A stretch of 64,000 nucleotides of DNA from Candidatus Latescibacterota bacterium (GTDB lineage: Bacteria > Latescibacterota > UBA2968 > GCA-2709665). Both the position numbers and the translations under genes were made by a program. Below the pieces are notes generated by a model, which ran no database searches, was not told the origin of the DNA, and saw nothing but the letters and a program-made list of their open reading frames with translations. Numbering within the stretch: position 1 is the stretch's first letter; the number at the start of each line of letters is the position of its first letter. Location: NCBI GenBank assembly GCA_965205485.1, contig OZ242180.1:320001-384000 (forward strand), written 5' to 3'. Shown here one piece after another: positions 1 to 9,823 of the stretch.

Positions 1-249
1 ATCGGCTTCAGGAACGAGGAGGTTGACCGCATCCTGGAATCCTATCGACGGGAGTTCGATATGGACGAGAGAATCCGGCTCTACCGGCGTTTCCAGGAAA
101 TCCTGTACAACGAGCAACCCTATACGTTTCTCTGGAAATCACGCGCCGCCACTTCCTACAGCAGGCGCTTTGCGGGGGACAGCTGGTACGCCGGTGGCCC
201 GGATACCCAGGAATGGTGGGTAGGCGCTTCCAACCGGTTGTATCAATAG
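1..249 (+). CDS. oppA: ABC peptide transporter substrate-binding protein, C-terminal end (5'-truncated by window)
   Basis: Frame 1 is open from base 1: IGFRNEEVDRILESYRREFDMDERIRLYRRFQEILYNEQPYTFLW, typical SBP family 5 C-terminus; lies upstream of oppBC-like genes. Confidence 0.8.
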   Translation: MGFRNEEVDRILESYRREFDMDERIRLYRRFQEILYNEQPYTFLWKSRAATSYSRRFAGDSWYAGGPDTQEWWVGASNRLYQ

Positions 250-480
250 AGTTGGCCCCAATAGGAAAAAACGGCATCCGGGCGTCGTGATAAAACCCTC
301 CGAAACAGGGAGTTAACGTCGTATGGAAGGACATCCTTTCAGTTGACGTCCAGTGACTTGGTGTATCCTGGTAATCCGCAGTTTAATCGCCTTTATCAAC
401 TTTCACACATTCGGTTTAACGTCCACGAAAACATACGAATCCTGGTTAACGGACGCCGGCACGGAGAGGCCTGAAGGCAG

Positions 481-1782
481 ATGATCCAGTACATCCTGCA
501 GCGCAGCCTGCTGATGATCCCGACGATGATCGGTATCACCCTGATCTCGTTCCTGGTCATGCATCTCGCTCCCGGAGACCCCGTGGACTTCTTTCTCGGC
601 GGCATGGCGGGGGAGGAGGGCATCTCGACAGAAGGGCAGTCCGATTTCGAAAAAACGCGCGAGGACCTTCGGCGGCAACTCGGCCTGGACCGGCCGGTTC
701 ACATCCAATACCTGAACTGGCTGTCCAGCCTGGTTCTGCACGTGGAGCCGCTCAACAACTTCGAACGCATGGGCCGCCGCGTCGACGTCTATCTCTCGAA
801 ACTGGACAGCGGGGAAAGAAGCGAGTTGGCAGCGCTTGAGAATAAGGCGCGTAAGGCCCGGTTTCTCAGGAGTTTCGAGAAACATCACCCGGACGAGGCG
901 GAAGCGCTCGTCCTTTCCTCTTTCTGGGAGAGCAAGACGGTCAAACTCGAGAAAAACTATGAGTACACCGGCGCCGGCCTGCTCCTCTTCCACCTCTTCG
1001 ACCGGCGCTTTATCACGCTCAATTTCGGCCGCTCCTTCAAGGATCAGCAGCCGGTCATCTCCCATATCCTCGCACGCGTGCCTATCACCATCGAAATCAA
1101 CGTCATCAGTCTGATCGTGGCTTACATCATCGGTCTGCCGCTGGGTATATGGCTGGCCGTGAAACAGGACACCCGGACCGACCGCGCGCTGACCACGGGA
1201 ACCTTCATCCTGTGGTCCATGCCTTCATTCTGGGTGGGCATGCTGCTCATCGTGTTTTTCTGCAACAAGGAATTCTTCTACTGGTTTCCGGCCTCCGGCA
1301 TCCAGTCGCTGGACGCCTCTTCCGAATGGGGATTCTGGCGGCTGTTGACGGACCACGCCCATCACATGGCCATGCCGGTCCTGGCCTCGAGCTACGCCAG
1401 CTTCGCGGGTCTTTCCCGGTTCATGCGGACCAGTATGCTGGAGAACATGAGGCTGGATTACGTACGCACGGCCCGCGCAAAGGGGCTTTCGGAAAAAGTC
1501 GTGGTCCTGAAGCACGTCTTCCGCAACTCGCTGATTCCCATCGTGACCATTCTGGCGAATCTGCTTCCGGCCATCATCGCCGGCTCGGTCTTCATCGAGA
1601 CCATCTTCACCATACCGGGGCTGGGGTATCTGGGCGTTCAATCCGTACTCGTGCGCGACTATCCGATGGTGATGGCCATTCTGACCATCGGTTCGTTTCT
1701 CTCGCTGCTGGGTATTCTTCTCGCGGACATCCTCCTGAAAGTCGTGGACCCGCGCATCGAGTTTTCCCGTCTTCAGGGATAG
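481..1782 (+). CDS. oppB: Oligopeptide/dipeptide ABC permease (OppB/DppB family)
   Basis: N-terminal YILQRSLLMIPT...APGDPV; EAA loop DYVRTARAKGLSEKVVVLKHVFRNSLIP; C-terminal RDYP...DPRI. Confidence 0.92.
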   Translation: MIQYILQRSLLMIPTMIGITLISFLVMHLAPGDPVDFFLGGMAGEEGISTEGQSDFEKTREDLRRQLGLDRPVHIQYLNWLSSLVLHVEPLNNFERMGRRVDVYLSKLDSGERSELAALENKARKARFLRSFEKHHPDEAEALVLSSFWESKTVKLEKNYEYTGAGLLLFHLFDRRFITLNFGRSFKDQQPVISHILARVPITIEINVISLIVAYIIGLPLGIWLAVKQDTRTDRALTTGTFILWSMPSFWVGMLLIVFFCNKEFFYWFPASGIQSLDASSEWGFWRLLTDHAHHMAMPVLASSYASFAGLSRFMRTSMLENMRLDYVRTARAKGLSEKVVVLKHVFRNSLIPIVTILANLLPAIIAGSVFIETIFTIPGLGYLGVQSVLVRDYPMVMAILTIGSFLSLLGILLADILLKVVDPRIEFSRLQG

Positions 1783-1786
1783 ATCC

Positions 1787-2857
1787 ATGCCTGACGCTAC
1801 AGCCCGCGACCTCAACGAACCGGACGTCGCAACGCCCGAACCCGAACCTGTCGAGGAGGGTCAGACCTACTCCAAACTGGTCTGGCGGCAGTTCAAGAAG
1901 AACCGTCCGGCCCTCATCAGCCTGGCGGCGATCGGCGTTCTCGCGTTCACGGCGGTGTTTGCAGATCTTCTCGCGGGCAACAAACCCTACTATATGGAGT
2001 ACAGGGGAAAGACCTATTTCCCGGCCTTTCGCCAGTATGCCGTTCATCTCGGGCTGGCCGACTGGCCGAAGCCGCTCAGACGAAGGAAGAATTTCAAACG
2101 TCTGAGGTCGGAATCCGCCATATTCCCGCCGGTTCCCTACGGTCCCAGCGACGTTAACCTCAGGGACAAGTACCAACCGCCCGGCGCAGCGCATTTCCTC
2201 GGTACGGATCGGCTGGGACGGGACGTGCTTTCGGGGCTGATCCATGGAACCCGTTACGCGCTCACGATCGGACTGGTCTCGGTGGCGATCTCGATGATTA
2301 TCGGCGTCGCCCTCGGCGCACTCGCGGGTTATTTCGGGGGCTGGACCGACCTGGTTCTCTCGCGTCTGTTCGAGCTCTGGGCCGCCATACCCACCCTCTT
2401 CCTGATCATCACGGTCGCCGCGTTCTTCCCGCCCAGCCTTTTCTTCGTGATGATCATTCTCGGCTTTACGGGATGGGTCGGGATCGCCAGGCTCACGAGG
2501 TCGCAGTTTCTGCAGGTAAGGAGCTACGACTTCGTTTCCGCGGCCAAGAGCCTGGGATACTCCAGCGGACGAATCATGTTCATCCACATTCTGCCGAACG
2601 CGATCGCGCCGGTACTCATTCCGGCTGCTTTCGGCGTGGCGGGGGCCATTTTGGCCGAGTCCGGCCTGAGCTTCCTCGGGATCGGCGTTCCCGCGGAGGC
2701 CATCACCTGGGGCGCGATACTGGCAGGCGCACGAAACAATACCGCGGCCTGGTGGCTGGTCATCGTACCCGGTTTCGCCATCTTTATCACCGTAACCCTT
2801 TACAACCTTTTGGGCGACGGCCTGCGAGACGCCCTGGACCCGAAGATGAAAGTTTGA
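1787..2857 (+). CDS. oppC: Oligopeptide/dipeptide ABC permease (OppC/DppC family)
   Basis: HFLGTDRLGRDVLS; FVSAAKSLGYSSGRIMFIHILPNA; ESGLSFLGIG; NLLGDGLRDALDP. Confidence 0.93.
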   Translation: MPDATARDLNEPDVATPEPEPVEEGQTYSKLVWRQFKKNRPALISLAAIGVLAFTAVFADLLAGNKPYYMEYRGKTYFPAFRQYAVHLGLADWPKPLRRRKNFKRLRSESAIFPPVPYGPSDVNLRDKYQPPGAAHFLGTDRLGRDVLSGLIHGTRYALTIGLVSVAISMIIGVALGALAGYFGGWTDLVLSRLFELWAAIPTLFLIITVAAFFPPSLFFVMIILGFTGWVGIARLTRSQFLQVRSYDFVSAAKSLGYSSGRIMFIHILPNAIAPVLIPAAFGVAGAILAESGLSFLGIGVPAEAITWGAILAGARNNTAAWWLVIVPGFAIFITVTLYNLLGDGLRDALDPKMKV

Positions 2858-2935
2858 AAAGCCGTGTGAAGACTCCGCAGGCCGTAGATCGTTGCCGCCG
2901 CCGGCGCGGCATGCCGGTTACGCAAATTTGAAGCC

Positions 2936-4057
2936 ATGGCTCATACGTACACACCGGGGCTGCGGGTCACCCGCAGGGCAACCATACGAAAGAGACGCCA
3001 GTTGCCGCTCGCAGGAGAGGTGCTGGTTTCTGAAGGGGAAACCGTGCAGCGCGACCGGGTGGTGGCCCGGACCGAACTGCCCGGCGACGTGACCACCCTG
3101 AACCTGGTCAACAGGCTGGGCGTCACCCCGGACGAACTCCCGGACTTCATGCTCAGGAAGGAGGGTGAGCCGGTCGAGTCGGGAGAGCCTCTGGCCGAGA
3201 CCCGCCCGTTCATCAAGTGGTTCAAAACCACGGTGGAATCGCCGGTTTCAGGCACCGTGGAAAGCGTGTCGCCCGTTACCGGCCAGGTTATTCTGCGGGG
3301 GCCGCCCCGACCCGTACAGGTCAGGGCGTACGTGGACGGCGCCGTTGTGGAAACCATTCCCGGCGAAGGGGTCGTCATCGAGACCGCCGGCGCATTCCTT
3401 CAGGGTATCTTCGGCATCGGCGGGGAAAGCTGGGGCGCTATCCATCCACTTGCCGCCACACCGGACGAGCGGCTCTCGGAAGACCGGATCGACGCCTCCT
3501 GTGCCGGCAGGATCTGCATCGCCGGAGGCCTGGTCACCCTGGACCTGATCCGGAAAGCGCGGGAAATCGGCGCGGCCGGCGTCATTGGCGGGGGCATCCG
3601 CGACCGCGACCTGCGGAGCCTTCTCGGTTACGACCTGGGCGTGGCCATCACCGGCACCGAGGAAATCGGTCTTACCGTCGTGGTTACCGAAGGATTCGGC
3701 GACATCGCCATGGCGACGAAGACCTTCGACATCCTGAACGAGAGAAACGGCGACGAGGCCTCGATCTCGGGCGCGACCCAGATACGAGCCGGCGTGCTTC
3801 GTCCGGAAATCATCGTTCCGGATACGGGAAGTACAGCGACCGCCGAGGAATCCGTCGCCACGGAAGGCCTTTCCGTAGGAGACCCGATCCGGACGATTCG
3901 GGCGCCCTTTTTCGGACAGACCGGTGTCGTCACGGCTCTGCCGTCCAAACTCGCGGCCGTTGAGTCGGAAGTTCGGGTACGTGTCCTTGAAGTTCAATTC
4001 GAGAACGGACAACAGGCCGTGATACCCCGCGCAAATGCCGAAAGGATCGAGGCATGA
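2936..4057 (+). CDS. Uncharacterised soluble protein with barrel-sandwich-hybrid-like repeats, PA-like middle region and KOW-like C-terminus
   Basis: 373-aa ORF with no hydrophobic span; GEVLVSEGETV, KEGEPVESGEPLAE, ESPVSGTVESV, AREIGAAGVIGGG, VGDPIRTIRAPFFGQTGVV. Confidence 0.75.
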   Translation: MAHTYTPGLRVTRRATIRKRRQLPLAGEVLVSEGETVQRDRVVARTELPGDVTTLNLVNRLGVTPDELPDFMLRKEGEPVESGEPLAETRPFIKWFKTTVESPVSGTVESVSPVTGQVILRGPPRPVQVRAYVDGAVVETIPGEGVVIETAGAFLQGIFGIGGESWGAIHPLAATPDERLSEDRIDASCAGRICIAGGLVTLDLIRKAREIGAAGVIGGGIRDRDLRSLLGYDLGVAITGTEEIGLTVVVTEGFGDIAMATKTFDILNERNGDEASISGATQIRAGVLRPEIIVPDTGSTATAEESVATEGLSVGDPIRTIRAPFFGQTGVVTALPSKLAAVESEVRVRVLEVQFENGQQAVIPRANAERIEA

Positions 4058-4107
4058 TGATTTGGAGCGTCCAGGCGCGCCTGATTAAAACCGCCAGGAG
4101 ACACGCA

Positions 4108-5289
4108 ATGGCGCATCTATTCCTCAGTTTCGCCCTTGCCATCGCTGCCGCGCCGGCCGCCGGCGGTTCGGCGCCCACCGACGTCCGGGCTTTCGACACG
4201 CCCAACGACCAGGGGCACAGCATCACGCTGACGTGGCGCCGCCTGGATTTCCTGCCGGACAGCGCGCGATATCGCATCGGCGTTTCCGAACAGGCGGACG
4301 GGCCGTTCCATCCGGTTGCGGAACTGGACCCCAAAACGGCTCCGACCATGGCCGACGAGGCGGTCACGTTCGGCAGGGGGAAGGAGAACCGCAACCACCA
4401 CTTCGTCCACATTGAATCCTACTTCGACCCTCTGGGACAAAACCGGATCCGGATCGAGAACGACCGGCCCTATTTCGTTCGCATCGGCGTCCACGGCGCG
4501 GGCTACACGGTTGTGGAAGCCCGTGCCCACGGCAACTGGTTCAACTGGACCAAGCGCAACAATTTTCTGCTGGCCGCGCTGTTCTCCATTCTGATCCTCG
4601 TCTATATCCGTCTCGCCCGGCGCAAAAATCTCTATATCCGGCGGCTGGCAGGACTGGACGCCCTGGACGAAGCCCTGGGTCGCGCAACCGAGATGGGTAA
4701 ACCGGTGCTTTTCGTCCACGGCCTTCAGGACATGGGCAGCCCCTCCACCATCGCCGCCGTGAATATTCTCGGACAGGTGGCGAAGCGAACCGCCGAATAC
4801 GATACCCTGCTCAAGGTTGGCAACCGGGATCCGATTGTGATGTCCGTGAGCCAGGAAGTGGTCAAGGAGTCTTGCATCGAAGCCGGACGACCCGACGCGT
4901 TCAACCCTGACAACGTCTTTCTGGCGGCCGCGGACCAGTTCAGCTACGCGGCCGCGCTCGATGGGCTGATGGTGCGGGAGAGGCCGGCGGCCAATCTTCT
5001 GATGGGGTATTTTTACGCCGAATCCCTGCTTCTGGCCGAGACCGGCTCGACGACCGGCGCAATTCAGATCGCCGCTACCGACGCCTATACACAGCTTCCG
5101 TTCTTCATCACAACCTGCGACTATACCCTGATGGGTGAGGAACTCTACGCGGCGAGCGCCTATCTCTCCAGAGATCCCAAACTGCTGGGAAGCCTGAAGG
5201 GCCAGGACCTGGGGAAGGGAATTCTCATCCTGATGCTGGTGCTGGGTTCCTTATTGGCCGGCATCGGCTTCTGGCCGATCCTGATCTGA
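4108..5289 (+). CDS. Membrane protein: signal peptide, FN3-like domain, TM helix, conserved alpha/beta domain (recalled as DUF6754-like)
   Basis: Signal-like MAHLFLSFALAIAAAPAAG; APTDVRAFDTPND...ITLTW; TM NFLLAALFSILILVYI; IRRLAGLDALDEALGRATEMGKP; GEELYAASAYL; C-terminal TM. Alternative start 4054. Confidence 0.75.
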   Translation: MAHLFLSFALAIAAAPAAGGSAPTDVRAFDTPNDQGHSITLTWRRLDFLPDSARYRIGVSEQADGPFHPVAELDPKTAPTMADEAVTFGRGKENRNHHFVHIESYFDPLGQNRIRIENDRPYFVRIGVHGAGYTVVEARAHGNWFNWTKRNNFLLAALFSILILVYIRLARRKNLYIRRLAGLDALDEALGRATEMGKPVLFVHGLQDMGSPSTIAAVNILGQVAKRTAEYDTLLKVGNRDPIVMSVSQEVVKESCIEAGRPDAFNPDNVFLAAADQFSYAAALDGLMVRERPAANLLMGYFYAESLLLAETGSTTGAIQIAATDAYTQLPFFITTCDYTLMGEELYAASAYLSRDPKLLGSLKGQDLGKGILILMLVLGSLLAGIGFWPILI

Positions 5290-5329
5290 CAGCATAGCAT
5301 ATACGTTCAATCCTTCGGGAGAAAACCGA

Positions 5330-5986
5330 ATGTACTTCCTGCAACGCACCCTGCCGCTCCTCGTTGCCTTTGCCGCGGGCGTGATCGGCATATTCACCTA
5401 TTATATCCCGGTTGCGCAGCCGGTGGAGATCACAACGTCCACGTGGTACCGGATCATCGCCGCGTTCGCGCTCTTCCTGGGAATCCACAGTCTGTTGCAG
5501 ATGCACTGGAACCGGGTCAAACGCAAACAGGCCGGATGGGCTTTCAGCGCCGTCGTCTTTGTCGGCTTCATCGTTACGATCCTGCTTGCCCTCTACAACA
5601 ACGGCAGCGGACCCCTGCAGCCGCTCGCCGGGGGCGACGGTCTGGATCTGAACTGGATGTATACGCACATTCACGTCGCCGGCGGCGCCACGATGTTCTC
5701 TCTGCTCGCGTTCTTTATCGCCTCCGCCGCCTACCGCACGTTTCGCGCCCGGTCGGCCGAGGCCGTTGTGCTTCTCGTTGCCGCGCTGCTCGTCATGCTG
5801 GGCCGGGTGCCCATCGGCGCGCTGATCTCCGAACACCTGCCCGCCATTTCACAGTGGCTGATGGCCACGCCCAACCTCGCCGCACGACGCGGCATTCTGC
5901 TGGGCGTGAGCCTGGGCGCAATCGCCACGGCACTTCGCATCATATTCGGTATCGAACGATCCTATCTTGGAGAAGAGGGACAATGA
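5330..5986 (+). CDS. Polytopic integral membrane protein, unknown function
   Basis: 218 aa, about 6 hydrophobic spans; ATMFSLLAFFIASAAYRTFRAR; GGGAG RBS upstream. Confidence 0.8.
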   Translation: MYFLQRTLPLLVAFAAGVIGIFTYYIPVAQPVEITTSTWYRIIAAFALFLGIHSLLQMHWNRVKRKQAGWAFSAVVFVGFIVTILLALYNNGSGPLQPLAGGDGLDLNWMYTHIHVAGGATMFSLLAFFIASAAYRTFRARSAEAVVLLVAALLVMLGRVPIGALISEHLPAISQWLMATPNLAARRGILLGVSLGAIATALRIIFGIERSYLGEEGQ

Positions 5987-6810
5987 TCGAGCGCCTCCTG
6001 AACATCGACCGCCGCATTGTGTACCTTGCCGTCTTTCTGGCTGTATGTATTCCTCTGCTTATCGGGTTCGAACTGCCCATCAAGGCCACACCAAACGTCC
6101 GCGCGGTGTACGACACCGTCGAGAGCCTGGCCGGAAATCCGGATGCCGTCGTGCTCATCTCCTTCGATTACGGACCCAGTTCGCAGCCGGAGCTCCAGCC
6201 CATGGCCCTGGCCATTCTGCGCCACTGCTTCAGCCGGAACATACGGGTGGTGGGCGTGACCCTCATTACAGAAGCCGTAGGACTTGCCATGCAGGCTTTC
6301 GAGACGGCGGCGACGGAATACGGGCGGGAAAACGGGACTGACTATGCGTTCCTCGGTTTCAAGGCGGGCGGCCCGATCCTGATCCTGAACATGGGTCAGG
6401 ACCTGCACGCCGCGTTTCCCGAAGACATCCGGGGCGCCGCCACCAGCGAAATGCCTCTCACCCGCAATCTGCGTTCGTTGAAGGATTTCGATTACGTGAT
6501 CGATCTGGCCGCCGGGTACCCCGGCGTGGACGAATGGATCGCTTACGGGCAGGAACGTTACAGGTTCCCCCTCGGCGCCGGTTGTACCGCGGTAATGGCG
6601 CCGGATTTCTTCCCCTTCCTTCAATCCCGGCAGCTCAACGGCCTTATCGGCGGGCTGGCGGGCGCGGCGGAATACGAAGCGCTCGTGGGCAAGAAAGGCC
6701 TGGCCGTAAGCGGCATGCGTCCACAGTCCGTCGCACATATCGTCATCATCGGGTTCATCCTGCTGGGCAACGCGGTCTACTTCCTGGGCCGCGGCGCTTC
6801 GAGGACGTAA
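5983..6810 (+). CDS. Membrane-anchored alpha/beta-domain protein (N- and C-terminal TM), unknown function
   Basis: ATG 5983 overlaps the upstream stop (ATGA); MIERLLNIDRRIVYLAVF; SFDYGPSSQPELQPM; GLIGGLAGAAEYE. Confidence 0.8.
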   Translation: MIERLLNIDRRIVYLAVFLAVCIPLLIGFELPIKATPNVRAVYDTVESLAGNPDAVVLISFDYGPSSQPELQPMALAILRHCFSRNIRVVGVTLITEAVGLAMQAFETAATEYGRENGTDYAFLGFKAGGPILILNMGQDLHAAFPEDIRGAATSEMPLTRNLRSLKDFDYVIDLAAGYPGVDEWIAYGQERYRFPLGAGCTAVMAPDFFPFLQSRQLNGLIGGLAGAAEYEALVGKKGLAVSGMRPQSVAHIVIIGFILLGNAVYFLGRGASRT

Positions 6811-6822
6811 AGGTACATCGGT

Positions 6823-7566
6823 ATGCAAAGAGAACACCTCGTCTTCCCGATCTTCCTTCTGCTTTTTGCGGCCGTGAATGTCTATCTCCTGGCCGCCGGC
6901 AGCCTGGAAGCGAGCTGGTCGGGGTTCGGCATCATCCTCGCCGCGGGGATCACGCTGGCTCTGTACAGCTTTCTGTACAGGGACAATCCGCTCTTCAAGC
7001 TGGCCGAGCATCTCTACGTGGGCGTCGTCGCCGCATACGAACTCGCTCTGGTCTGGTACCAGAGCATCCTCGTGGACGTCGTCAATCCCCTGTTCCGACC
7101 GCATCCTGACGCCGGCGTCGACTGGTGGGTGATCGTTCCGGCGTTGCTCGGTCTCTTCCTGATGACCCGCTTTGTCGGCAGGGCGGTATGGCTCAGCCGC
7201 ATCTCGTTCGCCTTCTTCGTGGGACTCGGCGCCGGGTTGGCCATCCCCCGCCGCGTCGCCGCGTTCATCATCGAACAGATCGAGCCCACCATCCGCCCGT
7301 TTTCACAGGCGTCGGCGGACTTCGGGTGGGCCGTGCTGGATCCGGCGATCATCCTGATCGGCGTGTTGAGCGTACTGATTTACTTTTATTTCTCCGTTGA
7401 ACACAAAGGGGTTGTGGGCGGTATTTCCAGGGTCGGCATCTATTTCCTGATGGTTTCCTTCGGCGCTTCATTCGGTTATACCGTCATGGCGCGCATCTCC
7501 CTGCTCATCGGACGCGTGGATTTCCTGCTGGAAGACTGGCTGAATCTGAATCCGCCCCTCTTCTGA
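6823..7566 (+). CDS. Polytopic integral membrane protein, unknown function
   Basis: 247 aa, about 7 hydrophobic spans; [44 protein letters not shown]. Confidence 0.8.
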   Translation: MQREHLVFPIFLLLFAAVNVYLLAAGSLEASWSGFGIILAAGITLALYSFLYRDNPLFKLAEHLYVGVVAAYELALVWYQSILVDVVNPLFRPHPDAGVDWWVIVPALLGLFLMTRFVGRAVWLSRISFAFFVGLGAGLAIPRRVAAFIIEQIEPTIRPFSQASADFGWAVLDPAIILIGVLSVLIYFYFSVEHKGVVGGISRVGIYFLMVSFGASFGYTVMARISLLIGRVDFLLEDWLNLNPPLF

Positions 7567-7675
7567 CCCGCGTGTACCGGCGGTGAGAGATTCGGCGGTA
7601 CGAATTGCTCTCGCGCGCACGCGCCAGGTTCGGACGGAATCCGGAAAGATCGCATTATACACAAATGGCAGGTTT

Positions 7676-8674
7676 ATGTCGGAACCCCTCCTAACTGTCA
7701 GAGATCTGAAAACATACTTCCATACGGACGGCGGTGTCGCCAGGGCTGTGGACGGGGTCTCCTTCACGCTGAAGAAGGGCGAAACCCTGGGCCTGGTGGG
7801 AGAGTCAGGCTGCGGCAAGAGCGTCACGTCTCTGTCCGTAATGCGTCTGGTACCCGAACCGCCGGGGGAAATCGTCTCGGGCGAGATCCGGTTCAACGGA
7901 CGCGACCTGCTGAGTCTGGACGAGGCCGCTCTCCAGGGCGTGAGGGGCAACGACGTCGCGATGATTTTCCAGGAGCCGATGACCAGCCTCAACCCGGTTT
8001 TCACCTGCGGAGACCAGATTGACGAAGCCGTAATACTCCATCAGGGTCTCGGCAGGGACGCCGCCCGGTCCGTCACGGTGGACATGCTGAACCTGGTCGG
8101 CATTCCGGATCCCGACCAGCGGGCAAACGAGTATCCTCACCAGCTTTCCGGGGGGATGCGCCAGCGGGTGATGATTGCAATGGCCCTGTGCTGCAATCCT
8201 GAACTCCTCATTGCCGACGAACCGACCACGGCGCTGGATGTGACCATACAGGCCCAGATTCTGGAACTTCTGGACCGGCTTCAACGAGAATTGGGGATGG
8301 CCGTCCTGATGATTACCCACGATCTGGGCGTCATTGCGGAGGTGGCGGACCGCGTGGCCGTCATGTATGCCGGAAAGATCGTGGAAACCGGAACGGTGGA
8401 TGAGATTTTCGCCAATCCGCAGCACCCCTACACGGTGGGACTGCTGGAGTCCATCCCCACGCTCAATGAAGAGAAAAGCCGGCTGTCAGTCATTCCGGGA
8501 ACCGTGCCCGACGCCACCCGATTTCCCGCCGGATGCCGTTTTGCGCCGAGGTGTTCATTGGCGGAGGACGTTTGTGCAGCGGACGAGCCGCGCCTGGAGC
8601 CGACCTCGGGCGGCCGCCTTGTGGCATGCTGGATGGTCGAAGATTATCCATCTCCCGTGACGCGATCGGATTGA
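7676..8674 (+). CDS. oppD: Oligopeptide ABC transporter ATP-binding protein
   Basis: GESGCGKS Walker [25 protein letters not shown] and C-terminal Cys motif. Confidence 0.95.
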   Translation: MSEPLLTVRDLKTYFHTDGGVARAVDGVSFTLKKGETLGLVGESGCGKSVTSLSVMRLVPEPPGEIVSGEIRFNGRDLLSLDEAALQGVRGNDVAMIFQEPMTSLNPVFTCGDQIDEAVILHQGLGRDAARSVTVDMLNLVGIPDPDQRANEYPHQLSGGMRQRVMIAMALCCNPELLIADEPTTALDVTIQAQILELLDRLQRELGMAVLMITHDLGVIAEVADRVAVMYAGKIVETGTVDEIFANPQHPYTVGLLESIPTLNEEKSRLSVIPGTVPDATRFPAGCRFAPRCSLAEDVCAADEPRLEPTSGGRLVACWMVEDYPSPVTRSD

Positions 8675-8675
8675 C

Positions 8676-9665
8676 ATGTCCAGACCACTCCTCGAAGTCC
8701 ACGGCCTCAAGAAATACTTCCCGATCACCCGCGGGGTATTCTCCCGGACCGTCGGCTACGTTAAAGCCGTAGACGGCGTCTCTTTCACGATGCAACGGGG
8801 CGAAACCCTGGGCCTGGTGGGGGAATCCGGATGCGGCAAGACAACCGCGGGCAGGAGCATCCTGCGGCTGATCGAAGCCACGGCGGGCCGCGTACTGTTC
8901 AACGGCACAGACGTCTTCGGCCTGAAAAGCTCCGAACTCAGAGCCGTTCGACGGCGCATGCAGATCATCTTCCAGGACCCCTACAGTTCGCTGAACCCGC
9001 GCATGACGGTGGGTGGCATGCTGTCCGAAGCGCTGAAAATCCACAAGCTCACGGACGGGAGCGACACCCGGGAACGCGTGGCCGAACTCCTGGAAACCGT
9101 GGGCCTCCGGCCGGAATACGCCCGCAGGTATCCCCACGAATTCAGCGGTGGGCAGCGCCAGCGTATCGGCATCTCCCGGGCCCTGGCCGTGAATCCCGAT
9201 TTCATCGTTGCGGACGAACCCGTATCGGCCCTGGATGTGTCGATTCAAGCCCAGATCATCAATCTTCTCCAGGACCTTCAGAGCCGGTTCGGCCTTACCT
9301 TCCTCTTCGTCGCGCACGACCTGAGCGTTGTCAAACACATCTCCAACCGCATCGCGGTGATGTACCTCGGACGCATCGTGGAGATCGCGGAAAGCGGTAC
9401 CCTCTGCGGCAATCCGCAGCACCCCTATACCCGCGCCCTGCTATCGGCCGTACCCGAGCCGGACCCGCGCGTAAGGAAACAGCGCACGGTATTGACCGGT
9501 GACGTCCCAAGCCCGGCCAACGTCCCCTCCGGCTGCCCGTTTCATCCGCGCTGCCCCGAACGGGAAGACGCCTGCACGAAGATCGTGCCCGAACTGCTCG
9601 AAATCGACGGTACCCACAGCGTCGCGTGTATTCTTCGGACCGGGCAGCACCTCCGTACGGCCTGA
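8676..9665 (+). CDS. oppF: Oligopeptide ABC transporter ATP-binding protein
   Basis: [30 protein letters not shown]...GCPFHPRC. Confidence 0.95.
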   Translation: MSRPLLEVHGLKKYFPITRGVFSRTVGYVKAVDGVSFTMQRGETLGLVGESGCGKTTAGRSILRLIEATAGRVLFNGTDVFGLKSSELRAVRRRMQIIFQDPYSSLNPRMTVGGMLSEALKIHKLTDGSDTRERVAELLETVGLRPEYARRYPHEFSGGQRQRIGISRALAVNPDFIVADEPVSALDVSIQAQIINLLQDLQSRFGLTFLFVAHDLSVVKHISNRIAVMYLGRIVEIAESGTLCGNPQHPYTRALLSAVPEPDPRVRKQRTVLTGDVPSPANVPSGCPFHPRCPEREDACTKIVPELLEIDGTHSVACILRTGQHLRTA

Positions 9666-9823
9666 AATTGGAACTGTTCGTTGTCTTCGCAAGTCTAATT
9701 GTATACTTTTAAGGCCGAACCGCGGCCGGCGCCGGCAAGACGAGATTATCAACCTGCGCCCACGCGCGTCTTACGGGCGCCCGGCGGCCGCCCATTTCAA
9801 CACCCGAAGTCCAGGAGAAGCAC

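Noticed and set aside
250..480. Riboswitch or ncRNA between oppA and oppB
   Set aside because: No recognisable conserved motif by eye; an Rfam scan would be needed
5443..5982. N-terminal extension of the 455-aa ORF
   Set aside because: Overlaps the 5330-5986 membrane gene; the coupled ATG at 5983 is the better start
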